DNA from: a virus
Lineage: Duplodnaviria > Caudoviricetes
DNA: 40,070 nucleotides
Direction: 5' to 3' (one strand)
IMG/VR virus record: IMGVR_UViG_3300033109_000116
Location: 1 to 40,070 of that record
Below, one piece after another: positions 7,437 through 15,517 of the stretch. Numbering within the stretch: position 1 is the stretch's first letter; each line of letters starts with the position of its first letter. The notes beneath the pieces were generated by a model. It did no database searches. It was not told where the DNA came from and was given only the letters and a program-made list of their open reading frames with translations. The position numbers were made by a program, and so were the translations under genes.

Positions 7437-9711
7437 TTTCAACGATGCCTCGGTTGAGTTGCCACCGGAGAGCGGGGCGACACGTGAGTCGTTACGGACG
7501 GATCTCGTCGGCCGACTGGAATCGGTACTGGCCACGCTATTCCCGGCAGGAAAGAAGCGTAAGGGGAAATTCCTCATCGGCGACGTGCTTGGCAGCCCCG
7601 GCGACAGCCTCGAAGTGGTTCTCGATGGCGAGAAGGCCGGGCTATGGACGGATCGGGCGACCGGTGATGGCGGCGACATCTTCGATCTGATCGCAGCCCA
7701 TCTGGGTGCTGATGCGCAGACGGATTTTCCGCGAGTGCTACAGCATGCTGCTGATCTGCTTGGCCAGTCTCCCACTGCACCCTCCCGCAAAACCAAGAAG
7801 GAGGCCCCGGTCGATGAGCTTGGTCCAGCAACTGCAAAATGGGACTACCTCGACGCGGCCGGAAAACTGATTGCGGTGGTTTACCGCTACGACCCTCCTG
7901 GCCGGAAGAAGGAATTCCGTCCCTGGGATGCCAAGCGGCGCAAGATGGCACCACCCGAGCCACGGCCTCTCTATAACCAGCCCGGCGTGGCCTTGGCCAG
8001 CCAAGTAGTTCTGGTCGAGGGCGAGAAATGCGCGCAGGCCTTGATCGATGTCGGCATCGTGGCGACCACTGCGATGCATGGTGCGAACGCCCCGGTCGAG
8101 AAAACCGACTGGTCACCGCTGGCTGGAAAGTCGGTACTGATCTGGCCTGACCGCGACAAGCCGGGCTGGGAGTATGCGACACAGGCGGCACAAGCCATCC
8201 TGTCGGCGGGGGCCAAGTCCTGCTTCATCCTGTACCCGCCCGAGGAGGCGGCTGAGGGATGGGATGCAGCGGATGCTATCGCAGAGGGATTTGATGTCGC
8301 CGCCTTCCTTGCCCATGGCCCGCGCCTGCAGATGCACGACATCACCGTGGATGCCGAGCCGGTCGCCAGCAGCGACGAATCTGTGTGGGGCACAGAGGAT
8401 GCATTGGCTCTGGCCTTCACCCGGCGTTATCACCGCGACTGGCGCTACGTTTCGACGTGGGGCCGCTGGCTGGTGTGGGATGGGAATCGCTGGCGCACCG
8501 AGGACACGCTGGCTGCCACCGATCTGATCCGTAGCGTTTGCCGGCATGCCGCCGTGCGTGCCGAGAATCCCAAGATAGCCGCCAAGCTGGCCAGTGCCAG
8601 TACGGTCGGTGGCGTTGAGCGGCTGTCACGTGCGGACCGTAGGCATGCGGCCACCACTGAGGAATGGGATGCCGATCCATGGCTGCTCAATACGCCAGGT
8701 GGTGTGTTTGATCTGAAAACCGGTCGCCAGCGCCCGCACGACCGCGCTGACCGGATGACGAAAATCACCACGGCCACGCCCGGGGGGGACTGCCCGATCT
8801 GGCGTCAGTTCCTCGACGAGGTCACGGGTGGTGACAAAGAGTTGCAGAGCTACTTGCAGCGAATGGTCGGTTACGCCCTCACCGGCTCGACGCGGGAGCA
8901 CGCGCTGTTTTTTCTGTACGGCACGGGCGCGAACGGCAAGTCGGTGTTCGTGAACACGCTGGCCACCATCCTTGGGGACTACGCGACCAACGCGCCGATG
9001 GACACCTTCATGGAGACGCGCACTGACCGCCATCCGACGGATATGGCCGGGCTGCGCGGCGCACGCTTCGTGGCGGCCATCGAAACCGAGCAGGGGCGAC
9101 GCTGGGCCGAGTCGAAGGTCAAGAACCTGACCGGGGGCGACAAGATCTCCGCACGCTTCATGCGTCAGGACTTCTTCGAGTTCTTCCCACAGTTCAAGCT
9201 GTTCGTGGCGGGCAACCACAAGCCCGCGATTCGCAACATCGACGAGGCGATGAAGCGGCGACTGCACCTGATCCCGTTCACGATCACCGTGCCGCCCGAG
9301 CGCCGCGACAAGCATCTCCAGCAGAAATTGCTGGCCGAGCGTGACGGCATCCTGGCCTGGGCGGTGCAGGGCTGCCTCGACTGGCAACGCCTGGGGCGGC
9401 TCGATCCTCCGCAGCGAGTCGTGGAAGCAACTGAGGAGTATTTCGAAGCCGAGGATGCACTGGGTCGCTGGCTGGAAGAGTGTTGCGTGCGCGAGCCCAA
9501 CGCCAAATCGCTGACCGCCGAACTGTTCGCCGACTGGAAGCAGTGGGCGGAAGCGGCGGGTGAATTCATCGGCTCGCAGCGACGTTTTTCCGATCTGCTC
9601 ATCACACGCGGCATCGAGAAATGGCGCAACAGCATGGGTGTGCGGGGATTTCAGGGCATCGGACTCAAGAACCCGCCCGCGCCTGCTTACACCCCCTATG
9701 CCGACAACTGA
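7429..9711 (+). CDS. P4/D5-family primase-helicase (Toprim + D5_N + SF3 helicase)
   Basis: Toprim VEGEK and IWPDRD; GTGANGKS Walker A; VKNLTGGD, GNHKP, AMKRRL. Confidence 0.93.
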   Translation: MLDFNDASVELPPESGATRESLRTDLVGRLESVLATLFPAGKKRKGKFLIGDVLGSPGDSLEVVLDGEKAGLWTDRATGDGGDIFDLIAAHLGADAQTDFPRVLQHAADLLGQSPTAPSRKTKKEAPVDELGPATAKWDYLDAAGKLIAVVYRYDPPGRKKEFRPWDAKRRKMAPPEPRPLYNQPGVALASQVVLVEGEKCAQALIDVGIVATTAMHGANAPVEKTDWSPLAGKSVLIWPDRDKPGWEYATQAAQAILSAGAKSCFILYPPEEAAEGWDAADAIAEGFDVAAFLAHGPRLQMHDITVDAEPVASSDESVWGTEDALALAFTRRYHRDWRYVSTWGRWLVWDGNRWRTEDTLAATDLIRSVCRHAAVRAENPKIAAKLASASTVGGVERLSRADRRHAATTEEWDADPWLLNTPGGVFDLKTGRQRPHDRADRMTKITTATPGGDCPIWRQFLDEVTGGDKELQSYLQRMVGYALTGSTREHALFFLYGTGANGKSVFVNTLATILGDYATNAPMDTFMETRTDRHPTDMAGLRGARFVAAIETEQGRRWAESKVKNLTGGDKISARFMRQDFFEFFPQFKLFVAGNHKPAIRNIDEAMKRRLHLIPFTITVPPERRDKHLQQKLLAERDGILAWAVQGCLDWQRLGRLDPPQRVVEATEEYFEAEDALGRWLEECCVREPNAKSLTAELFADWKQWAEAAGEFIGSQRRFSDLLITRGIEKWRNSMGVRGFQGIGLKNPPAPAYTPYADN

Positions 9712-9732
9712 CGCTCATGAAAAACCATTCGT

Positions 9733-9825
9733 CTGACGCAGCCGACGCTGTATCACGTAACTCGCCACACGCGTGCACGTGCGCGCCCCATGGAATGTTT
9801 CGACAAACCGTGTCGGCTGCGTCAG
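9733..9825. repeat. 14-bp perfect inverted repeat around an alternating purine/pyrimidine tract (candidate origin)
   Basis: CTGACGCAGCCGAC (9733-9746) / GTCGGCTGCGTCAG (9812-9825); CACACGCGTGCACGTGCGCGC at 9766-9786. Confidence 0.7.
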
Positions 9826-9851
9826 GCCGAGAGCAAGAAAGGACTGAACAC

Positions 9852-10313
9852 ATGAACACGACGATCCTGGCCCTTGATTTGGGTACCAACACAGGCTGGG
9901 CTGTCCGCGTCAAGGACGGCCAGATCATCAGTGACACGGAGATCTTTCGGCCTCAGCGCTTCGAGGGCGGAGGCATGCGCTACCTGCGCTTCAAGCGGTG
10001 GCTCACGGAGATCAAGCAATCTGGCGAAATCAATGCCGTGTACTTCGAGGAAGTGCGACGGCATGTCGGTGTCGATGCCGCTCATGCCTACGGTGGTTTC
10101 CTGGCCACGCTTACTGCGTGGTGCGAGCACCACCAGATCCCCTACCAGGGCGTGCCGGTCGGCACGATCAAGAAGCACGCGACCGGCAAGGGCAATGCGG
10201 GCAAGGACGAGATGATCCTCGCCGCCCAGTCACGGGGTCACGACCCCAAGGACGACAACGAAGCCGATGCCCTGGCCTTGCTGCACTGGGCCATCGAGAC
10301 GCAGGAGGTGTGA
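9852..10313 (+). CDS. RuvC-like Holliday junction resolvase
   Basis: ILALDLG, VYFEEV, IKKHATGKGNAGKDEM, DDNEADALA. Confidence 0.85.
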   Translation: MNTTILALDLGTNTGWAVRVKDGQIISDTEIFRPQRFEGGGMRYLRFKRWLTEIKQSGEINAVYFEEVRRHVGVDAAHAYGGFLATLTAWCEHHQIPYQGVPVGTIKKHATGKGNAGKDEMILAAQSRGHDPKDDNEADALALLHWAIETQEV

Positions 10314-10314
10314 C

Positions 10315-10518
10315 GTGAAGATCCCTACACCGCAATATCGCTGCCCACTGGGTCGCCTGCAACCGCAGACCACCGAACTGGAAGCCATCAAGCAGACTGG
10401 TTGGCGCGACCAGCACATCCTCGTGGTGTCGGAGGAGGATGCTCGGTTGGATTTCGTCGAGCGTGAATTCGTGCGGCGGATTGGAGAACGTCTGTATGGG
10501 GGAAAGCGTCATGGCTGA
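10315..10518 (+). CDS. Hypothetical protein
   Basis: GTG start after GGAGG; overlaps next gene. Confidence 0.65.
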   Translation: MKIPTPQYRCPLGRLQPQTTELEAIKQTGWRDQHILVVSEEDARLDFVEREFVRRIGERLYGGKRHG

Positions 10519-10909
10519 ATGGTCTATCGAGGACGTGGCAGAACGCTTTGCTGAAGCGGCCGAAACCAGTCGGCGATTACCCAGGGTCACCGTCCAAGGC
10601 TACTTCAAAGTGTGGCCGGCATTTGCCAGGGATGCCTGGGAGGCCTACCCAGATGATGAGCATGTCTATCGCCCCTTGCCACCTTCACCCCACGCCATCG
10701 AGCAGATGCTGGAGACGATGCGTTGGGTGCAGTGGCTCGAAGTCGAACAGCGACATCTGATCTGGATGCGCGCCAAGCACTACGAATGGAAGTTCATCTG
10801 TCGCCGCTTCGGCTGCGAGCGCACGACCGCTTGGAGGCGGTGGCAACGGGCATTGCAGATCGTGGTTGAGCGACTCAACGAGCCGGCGCATCGCGCCGTA
10901 GTGTTTTGA
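10511..10909 (+). CDS. DUF6362-like protein with C-terminal HTH, putative late-gene regulator
   Basis: IWMRA...WKFICRRFGCERTTAWRRWQRAL; last early gene before cos (lambda Q-like position). Confidence 0.65.
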   Translation: MAEWSIEDVAERFAEAAETSRRLPRVTVQGYFKVWPAFARDAWEAYPDDEHVYRPLPPSPHAIEQMLETMRWVQWLEVEQRHLIWMRAKHYEWKFICRRFGCERTTAWRRWQRALQIVVERLNEPAHRAVVF

Positions 10910-11066
10910 AGTGATTTGGCGTGCGCGAGCGTGCCACAGATGCAGACGGCGGCAATCTGCGGCTTTACCCCCTGCAACATCTACCCCCGATTTTGGATAG
11001 CATGACAGCTATGATCTGGCGAGCGGTGTGAGTGTGAATTCACATCGCTCTCACTCAGAAAATTCG

Positions 11067-11139
11067 ACGGGTCCTTCCTGTCAAAAAGCCCATGCGGGAG
11101 GCGCGAGCCCGGCATTTCGCTACCGTCTGACCGAAAATT
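11067..11139 (+). other. Lambda-like cos site (cosQ + cosN region)
   Basis: ACGGGTCCTT contains cosQ GGGTCCT (11069-11075); dyad ATGCGGG...CCCGGCAT (11092-11115); TTTCGCTA and GAAAATT follow in lambda order; gpA-type terminase present. Confidence 0.7.
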
Positions 11140-11142
11140 GAG

Positions 11143-11187
11143 GTTACCAGTTACCACCCTGGTTACCACCTGAATCGAGTTACCACC
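11143..11187 (+). repeat. Four GTTACCA(CC) direct repeats (cosB-like)
   Basis: Copies at 11143, 11150, 11162 and 11179. Confidence 0.75.
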
Positions 11188-11195
11188 CTTTGATG

Positions 11196-11218
11196 ACCCG
11201 CCCCTGTGGCGGGTTTTT
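11196..11218 (+). terminator. Terminator-like hairpin
   Basis: ACCCGCC-CCTGT-GGCGGGT-TTTT. Confidence 0.65.
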
Positions 11219-11226
11219 GCATTCCA

Positions 11227-12624
11227 ATGACCGAACAACTGCGCGTCGAGTATCGCAAGATCGAGACGCTGATCCCTTTCGCCCGTAATCCGCGCACACA
11301 TTCCGAGGCGCAGATTGCCAAGCTCGCCTCCAGCATCGTCGAGTTCGGCTGGACACAGCCCATCCTCGTCGACGGCGCCAACGGCATCATTGCCGGCCAC
11401 GGTCGTCTGGCAGCAGCGCGCAAGCTGGATCTGCTGGAAGTGCCGGTAATCGAACTCGGCCACCTCAGCCCGCCACAGAAGCGGGCCTACGTGATTGCCG
11501 ACAACCGTCTGGCGCTCGATGCCGGATGGGACGAGGAATTGCTCTCGCTGGAACTGGCCGAGCTGTCGGAGTCGGGGTACGACCTGACCATGACTGGCTT
11601 CACCAACGAGGAGATCGAGGAACTGCTGGTTGGCGCCGAGCAGGCATTGCAGGACGAGGCCTCTGATGGGTCAGAGGAAGATGCTGCTGACGATGTGCCC
11701 GATGTGCCGGCCAACCCGGTCTCGCGTCCCGGCGATGTCTGGCAGATTGGCGCGCACCGCGTCATCTGCGGCGATGCCACCGATCCGGCCGTCGTCCGAA
11801 CGCTGATGGCCGGCGAGCAAGCGGCCTTGTGCTTCACCTCGCCGCCCTACGGCAACCAGCGGGACTACACGAACACCATCATTGATTGGGATGCCCTGAT
11901 GCGTGGTGTTTTCGCCAACCTGCCAATGGCCCCGAATGGCCAGGTACTGGTCAATCTTGGTCTCATCCATCGTGACAACGAAGTCATCCCGTACTGGGAC
12001 GGCTGGCTCGACTGGATGCGTACCCAAGGCTGGCGGCGCTTTGCTTGGTATGTCTGGGACCAGGGACCGGGATTGCCGGGTGACTGGAATGGCCGGCTGG
12101 CCCCGTCCTTTGAGTTCGTCTTCCACTTCAACCGCCAGGCACGTCAGGCAAACAAGATCGTGCCCTGCAAATTCGCCGGTCAAGAAACCCATCTGCGCAA
12201 GGACGGCAGTTCGACGGCCATGCGCAAAGCCGATGGCACGATCGGGGGCTGGACTGCTGCCGGTCAGCCGACACAGGAAACCAAGATTCCAGATTCCGTG
12301 ATTCGCATCATGCGGCACAAGGGCAAGATTGGTCAGGACATCGACCACCCGGCCGTGTTCCCGGTGGCACTGCCCCAGTTCGTCCTGGAGTCCTACACCG
12401 ATGTCGGCGAACTCGTCTTCGAACCGTTCTGCGGCTCGGGCACGACCCTGCTGGCCGCCGAGCGGACTGGACGGAAGGTGCGTGCCACCGAGATCGCCCC
12501 GGAGTATGTGGATGTCGCCGTGAAGCGCTTCCAGCAGAACTTTCCCGAGGTGCCGGTGACGCTGGTATCGACGGGGCAGACTTTCTCAGCGGTGGCCAGC
12601 GAACGTCTAGGAGGTGCGGCATGA
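11227..12624 (+). CDS. ParB-N + beta-class DNA methyltransferase (SPPY, possibly m4C)
   Basis: IIAGHGRLAAA and ADNRLA; FTSPPY motif IV, HPAVFP, FEPFCGSGTT motif I. Confidence 0.9.
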   Translation: MTEQLRVEYRKIETLIPFARNPRTHSEAQIAKLASSIVEFGWTQPILVDGANGIIAGHGRLAAARKLDLLEVPVIELGHLSPPQKRAYVIADNRLALDAGWDEELLSLELAELSESGYDLTMTGFTNEEIEELLVGAEQALQDEASDGSEEDAADDVPDVPANPVSRPGDVWQIGAHRVICGDATDPAVVRTLMAGEQAALCFTSPPYGNQRDYTNTIIDWDALMRGVFANLPMAPNGQVLVNLGLIHRDNEVIPYWDGWLDWMRTQGWRRFAWYVWDQGPGLPGDWNGRLAPSFEFVFHFNRQARQANKIVPCKFAGQETHLRKDGSSTAMRKADGTIGGWTAAGQPTQETKIPDSVIRIMRHKGKIGQDIDHPAVFPVALPQFVLESYTDVGELVFEPFCGSGTTLLAAERTGRKVRATEIAPEYVDVAVKRFQQNFPEVPVTLVSTGQTFSAVASERLGGAA

Positions 12625-13967
12625 CCATTTCCTGGCTCGCTGACAAGATCGAGCAATGGCCCACGGCCAAGCTGGTGCCGTATGCCCGCAACTCGCGAAC
12701 GCACTCGGATGCCCAGGTCGCCCAGATTGCGGCGTCGATCGCTGAGTTCGGTTTCACTAATCCGATCCTGGCCGGCAGCGATGGCATCATCGTCGCGGGG
12801 CACGGGCGACTGGCTGCTGCGCAGAAGCTTGGCTTGGCCATGGTGCCGGTCGTGGTGCTCGATCATCTGACACCGACCCAGCGCCGAGCCCTGGTGATTG
12901 CGGACAACCGCATTGCCGAGAATGCCGGCTGGGACGAGGCCATGCTCCAGGTCGAGCTGGCTGCGCTACAGGACGATCAATTCGACCTGGCCCTGACCGG
13001 GTTCGACGCCGACGCACTGGCGGATCTGCTGACCGGCGAGGAAACCACCACCGAGGGTGATACCGACGAGGATGCTGTGCCGGATGGCTCAGGCACCGTC
13101 GTCTCGCGGGCGGGCGATGTCTGGATCTGTGGCGAGCACAGGGTGATCTGTGGCGATGCTACCGACTCGGATGCCTATGCGAGAGTGCTCGGCGACGAGA
13201 TCGCCGACATGGTCTTCACCGATCCGCCGTACAACGTCAACTACGCCAACTCGGCCAAGGACAAGATGCGCGGCAAGGACCGCGCGATCCTGAACGACAA
13301 TCTCGGCGACGGGTTTTATGATTTCCTGCTGGCGGCGCTGACCCCGACCGTGGCCCACTGCCATGGCGGCATCTACGTGGCGATGTCATCCAGCGAACTG
13401 GACCGACTGCAGGCAGCGTTCCGTGCTGCCGGTGGCCACTGGTCGACCTTCGTCATTTGGGCCAAGAACACTTTTACGTTGGGGCGTGCCGACTACCAGC
13501 GCCAGTACGAGCCGATTCTCTACGGCTGGCCCGAGGGTGCCGAGCGGCACTGGTGCGGTGACCGCGACCAGGGTGACGTCTGGCAGATCAAGAAACCGGC
13601 GAAGAACGATTTGCACCCGACGATGAAGCCGGTAGAGTTGGTTGAACGGGCGATCCGGAATTCGAGTCGTCCCGGCGACGTGGTGATGGATCCGTTTGGC
13701 GGTTCCGGCACAACCATGGTTGCTGCCCACAAGTCAGGGCGCAAGGCGCGGCTCATCGAACTGGATCCGAAGTACGTCGATGTGATCGTGCGCCGCTGGC
13801 AGGACTATGCCGGGGCGAAGGCCATTCGGCAGGCTGATGGTGCGGTATTCGACACGCTGTCAGACGGTGGGGAACTCAGGCAGGAGGTCGCCGCTGGAGA
13901 TGTCGGCGATGTAGCTGACGTCACGGAAGTCGCCGGGCTGGTCGGCGAGGATGACGCCGCCGACTGA
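12621..13967 (+). CDS. ParB-N + beta-class DNA methyltransferase (DPPY, probably m6A)
   Basis: IVAGHGRLAAA and ADNRIA; FTDPPY, HPTMKP, MDPFGGSGTT. Confidence 0.9.
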   Translation: MTISWLADKIEQWPTAKLVPYARNSRTHSDAQVAQIAASIAEFGFTNPILAGSDGIIVAGHGRLAAAQKLGLAMVPVVVLDHLTPTQRRALVIADNRIAENAGWDEAMLQVELAALQDDQFDLALTGFDADALADLLTGEETTTEGDTDEDAVPDGSGTVVSRAGDVWICGEHRVICGDATDSDAYARVLGDEIADMVFTDPPYNVNYANSAKDKMRGKDRAILNDNLGDGFYDFLLAALTPTVAHCHGGIYVAMSSSELDRLQAAFRAAGGHWSTFVIWAKNTFTLGRADYQRQYEPILYGWPEGAERHWCGDRDQGDVWQIKKPAKNDLHPTMKPVELVERAIRNSSRPGDVVMDPFGGSGTTMVAAHKSGRKARLIELDPKYVDVIVRRWQDYAGAKAIRQADGAVFDTLSDGGELRQEVAAGDVGDVADVTEVAGLVGEDDAAD

Positions 13968-14066
13968 CTGGATCGCCACGCCATATTTGCGGGTGAGCTT
14001 GGTTAGTTCGGCGATGAACTTGTCGTAGTTGGCTTCGAGTTGCGGGGTGGTGGTGACGGCGGCCAT
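13860..14066 (-). CDS. Small hypothetical protein (68 aa)
   Basis: AAGGAGATC RBS; follows the upstream minus-strand gene closely. Confidence 0.7.
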   Translation of the reverse strand: MAAVTTTPQLEANYDKFIAELTKLTRKYGVAIQSVGGVILADQPGDFRDVSYIADISSGDLLPEFPTV

Positions 14067-14076
14067 GGCGATCTCC

Positions 14077-14454
14077 TTACGCTGCTTCGGCTTCGAAGGA
14101 TTCGTCGGTCACTTCGCAGTGGATCACGAAGCCGGTCAGGTAAGGCAGTCTCTTGGGGATGCCGTAGTCCTTGCTGGTCTGGCGGCCAATCGTCCAGCCC
14201 ATCCATCGCGTCACGGCGGCGTCGATGGCCTGCTGAATCTTTTGGCCACGCAGCATCTCGTTGAGGACGTCATCAGCAAAGTGGCGTCCGTGGCGGCTGT
14301 CGAGGAACAACCTGACCGACTCGAGAGGTTGGTAGGTGGCGTCGGAGATCGCGGTCATCGCGACCGGCCAGGCCACTTCGGCGTTGTCGTTCATCGTGCC
14401 AAAAAAGCCCCAGGCATCGTTCTGGGTGGCGGGGATTTGGGTGGTGTTGGTCAT
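14077..14454 (-). CDS. Hypothetical protein (125 aa)
   Basis: Start moved to ATG 14454 after AAGGAGATC; NDAWGFFGTM...FLDSRHGRHFADD. Confidence 0.8.
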   Translation of the reverse strand: MTNTTQIPATQNDAWGFFGTMNDNAEVAWPVAMTAISDATYQPLESVRLFLDSRHGRHFADDVLNEMLRGQKIQQAIDAAVTRWMGWTIGRQTSKDYGIPKRLPYLTGFVIHCEVTDESFEAEAA

Positions 14455-14490
14455 CTTGATCTCCTTCGGGTGTGTGGTGGCGACACCCGT

Positions 14491-14521
14491 ATGAACGCGC
14501 TGTTCGATTGAGAAGCCAAGC
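14491..14521 (-). promoter_or_regulatory. Conserved upstream motif, copy 1
   Basis: Minus strand GCTTGGCTT-N7-GAACAGCGCGTTCAT, 36 nt before ATG 14454. Confidence 0.7.
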
Positions 14522-14575
14522 GCTTTCTGAATCATTTTTTTCGGGGCGGCGACGAGTGTCACCGTCCAGCCTTGA

Positions 14576-15130
14576 TCAGACGATCCGGTAGATGCGTTCA
14601 CCGCCTTCGGGCTTTTCGGAGGCGAGGTTGAGCCCAAGTTTCCTTTTGAATGCGCCGGCAAAGGTGCCGCGCACTGTGTGCGCTTGCCAGCCGGTGGCCG
14701 CGCAAATCTGACTGATGGTGGCGCCCTCCGGGCGTTGCAGCATCTGAATCACGGTGGCCTGCTTGCTGTTCTCGCGGCTGCGGGGCTTGCCTTCGACGCC
14801 GACCTTGAGCAGTCGCTTGGCCGCGTCCTGTTTTTCTTGCGCCCAGCTGGCCTCCGCAGCCGACACGGCGGCCTCGACCTCAGGGTCGGGGTGAAGGGTC
14901 GCAGGCGTTGACCGGTCGCGCCCAAGGGCGTCGTAACCCTCGGCGGTGACGAAGTAGTTGTCCTGGCCGTCGCGGGTGATCAAGTCTTTGTTGAAGAGGC
15001 CTTGGATGACCTTGTGCCGGGCACCGCCCTTGACGTTGTCGGGAAACCAGATGATCTGGCCATTGTTCTGGTCGATGGCGTGTTCGAGGATGTCGTACTG
15101 GGTCGTGCTGAGTGTGATGCGGGTGGTCAT
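14576..15130 (-). CDS. DUF3489-family winged-helix protein (184 aa)
   Basis: RENSKQATVIQMLQRPEGATISQICAATGWQAHTVRG...RIYRI; AGGAGATC RBS. Confidence 0.85.
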   Translation of the reverse strand: MTTRITLSTTQYDILEHAIDQNNGQIIWFPDNVKGGARHKVIQGLFNKDLITRDGQDNYFVTAEGYDALGRDRSTPATLHPDPEVEAAVSAAEASWAQEKQDAAKRLLKVGVEGKPRSRENSKQATVIQMLQRPEGATISQICAATGWQAHTVRGTFAGAFKRKLGLNLASEKPEGGERIYRIV

Positions 15131-15156
15131 GGTGATCTCCTGGTGGTGGGTGATGT

Positions 15157-15405
15157 TCAGTCTTCTAGGACGATGCGGCCGTCGAGGGTGATCCAAAGGC
15201 GAGCGTCTTCTGGGGTGGCCATTTCGCGCGTTTCGCGACCGGTGGACATCCAAACGCCATCCTTGCCTGTGTAGGTGTAGGTCTTGCCGTCGTGGATGAC
15301 CTCGACCGGCAGGTTCTGGTGGAACTCGACATCGACGTTCATCCAGCCGCGCAGGCGATGGTTGGTGTCGATGACTTTGGCCTCGATGGTCTGTTTGCTG
15401 TTCAT
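15157..15405 (-). CDS. Small hypothetical protein (82 aa)
   Basis: GAGGA RBS before ATG 15405; directly downstream of motif copy 2. Confidence 0.7.
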   Translation of the reverse strand: MNSKQTIEAKVIDTNHRLRGWMNVDVEFHQNLPVEVIHDGKTYTYTGKDGVWMSTGRETREMATPEDARLWITLDGRIVLED

Positions 15406-15438
15406 GCTGTCTTCCTCGCGTGTGGTGATGGTGATTGC

Positions 15439-15469
15439 ATGAACGCGCTGTTCTGGAGGAAAGCCAAGC
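15439..15469 (-). promoter_or_regulatory. Conserved upstream motif, copy 2
   Basis: Minus strand GCTTGGCTT-N7-GAACAGCGCGTTCAT, 33 nt before ATG 15405. Confidence 0.7.
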
Positions 15470-15517
15470 TCTGAATCGCAACGTTGGAGAACATCTGCGA
15501 TCGGCTTGATGGTGATC

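Noticed and set aside
11143-11187. GTTACCA repeats as replication iterons
   Set aside because: Position right after cosQ/cosN fits cosB better; the replicase has its own adjacent inverted repeat
11227-13967. Methyltransferases as a restriction-modification system
   Set aside because: No cognate endonuclease adjacent
14029-14511. Plus-strand 160-aa ORF
   Set aside because: Shadow of minus-strand genes that have an RBS and upstream motif
14491-15469. GAAC...GTTC motif as a LexA box
   Set aside because: Spacer is N5; it matches none of GAAC-N4-GTTC, GTTC-N7-GTTC or CTGT-N8-ACAG
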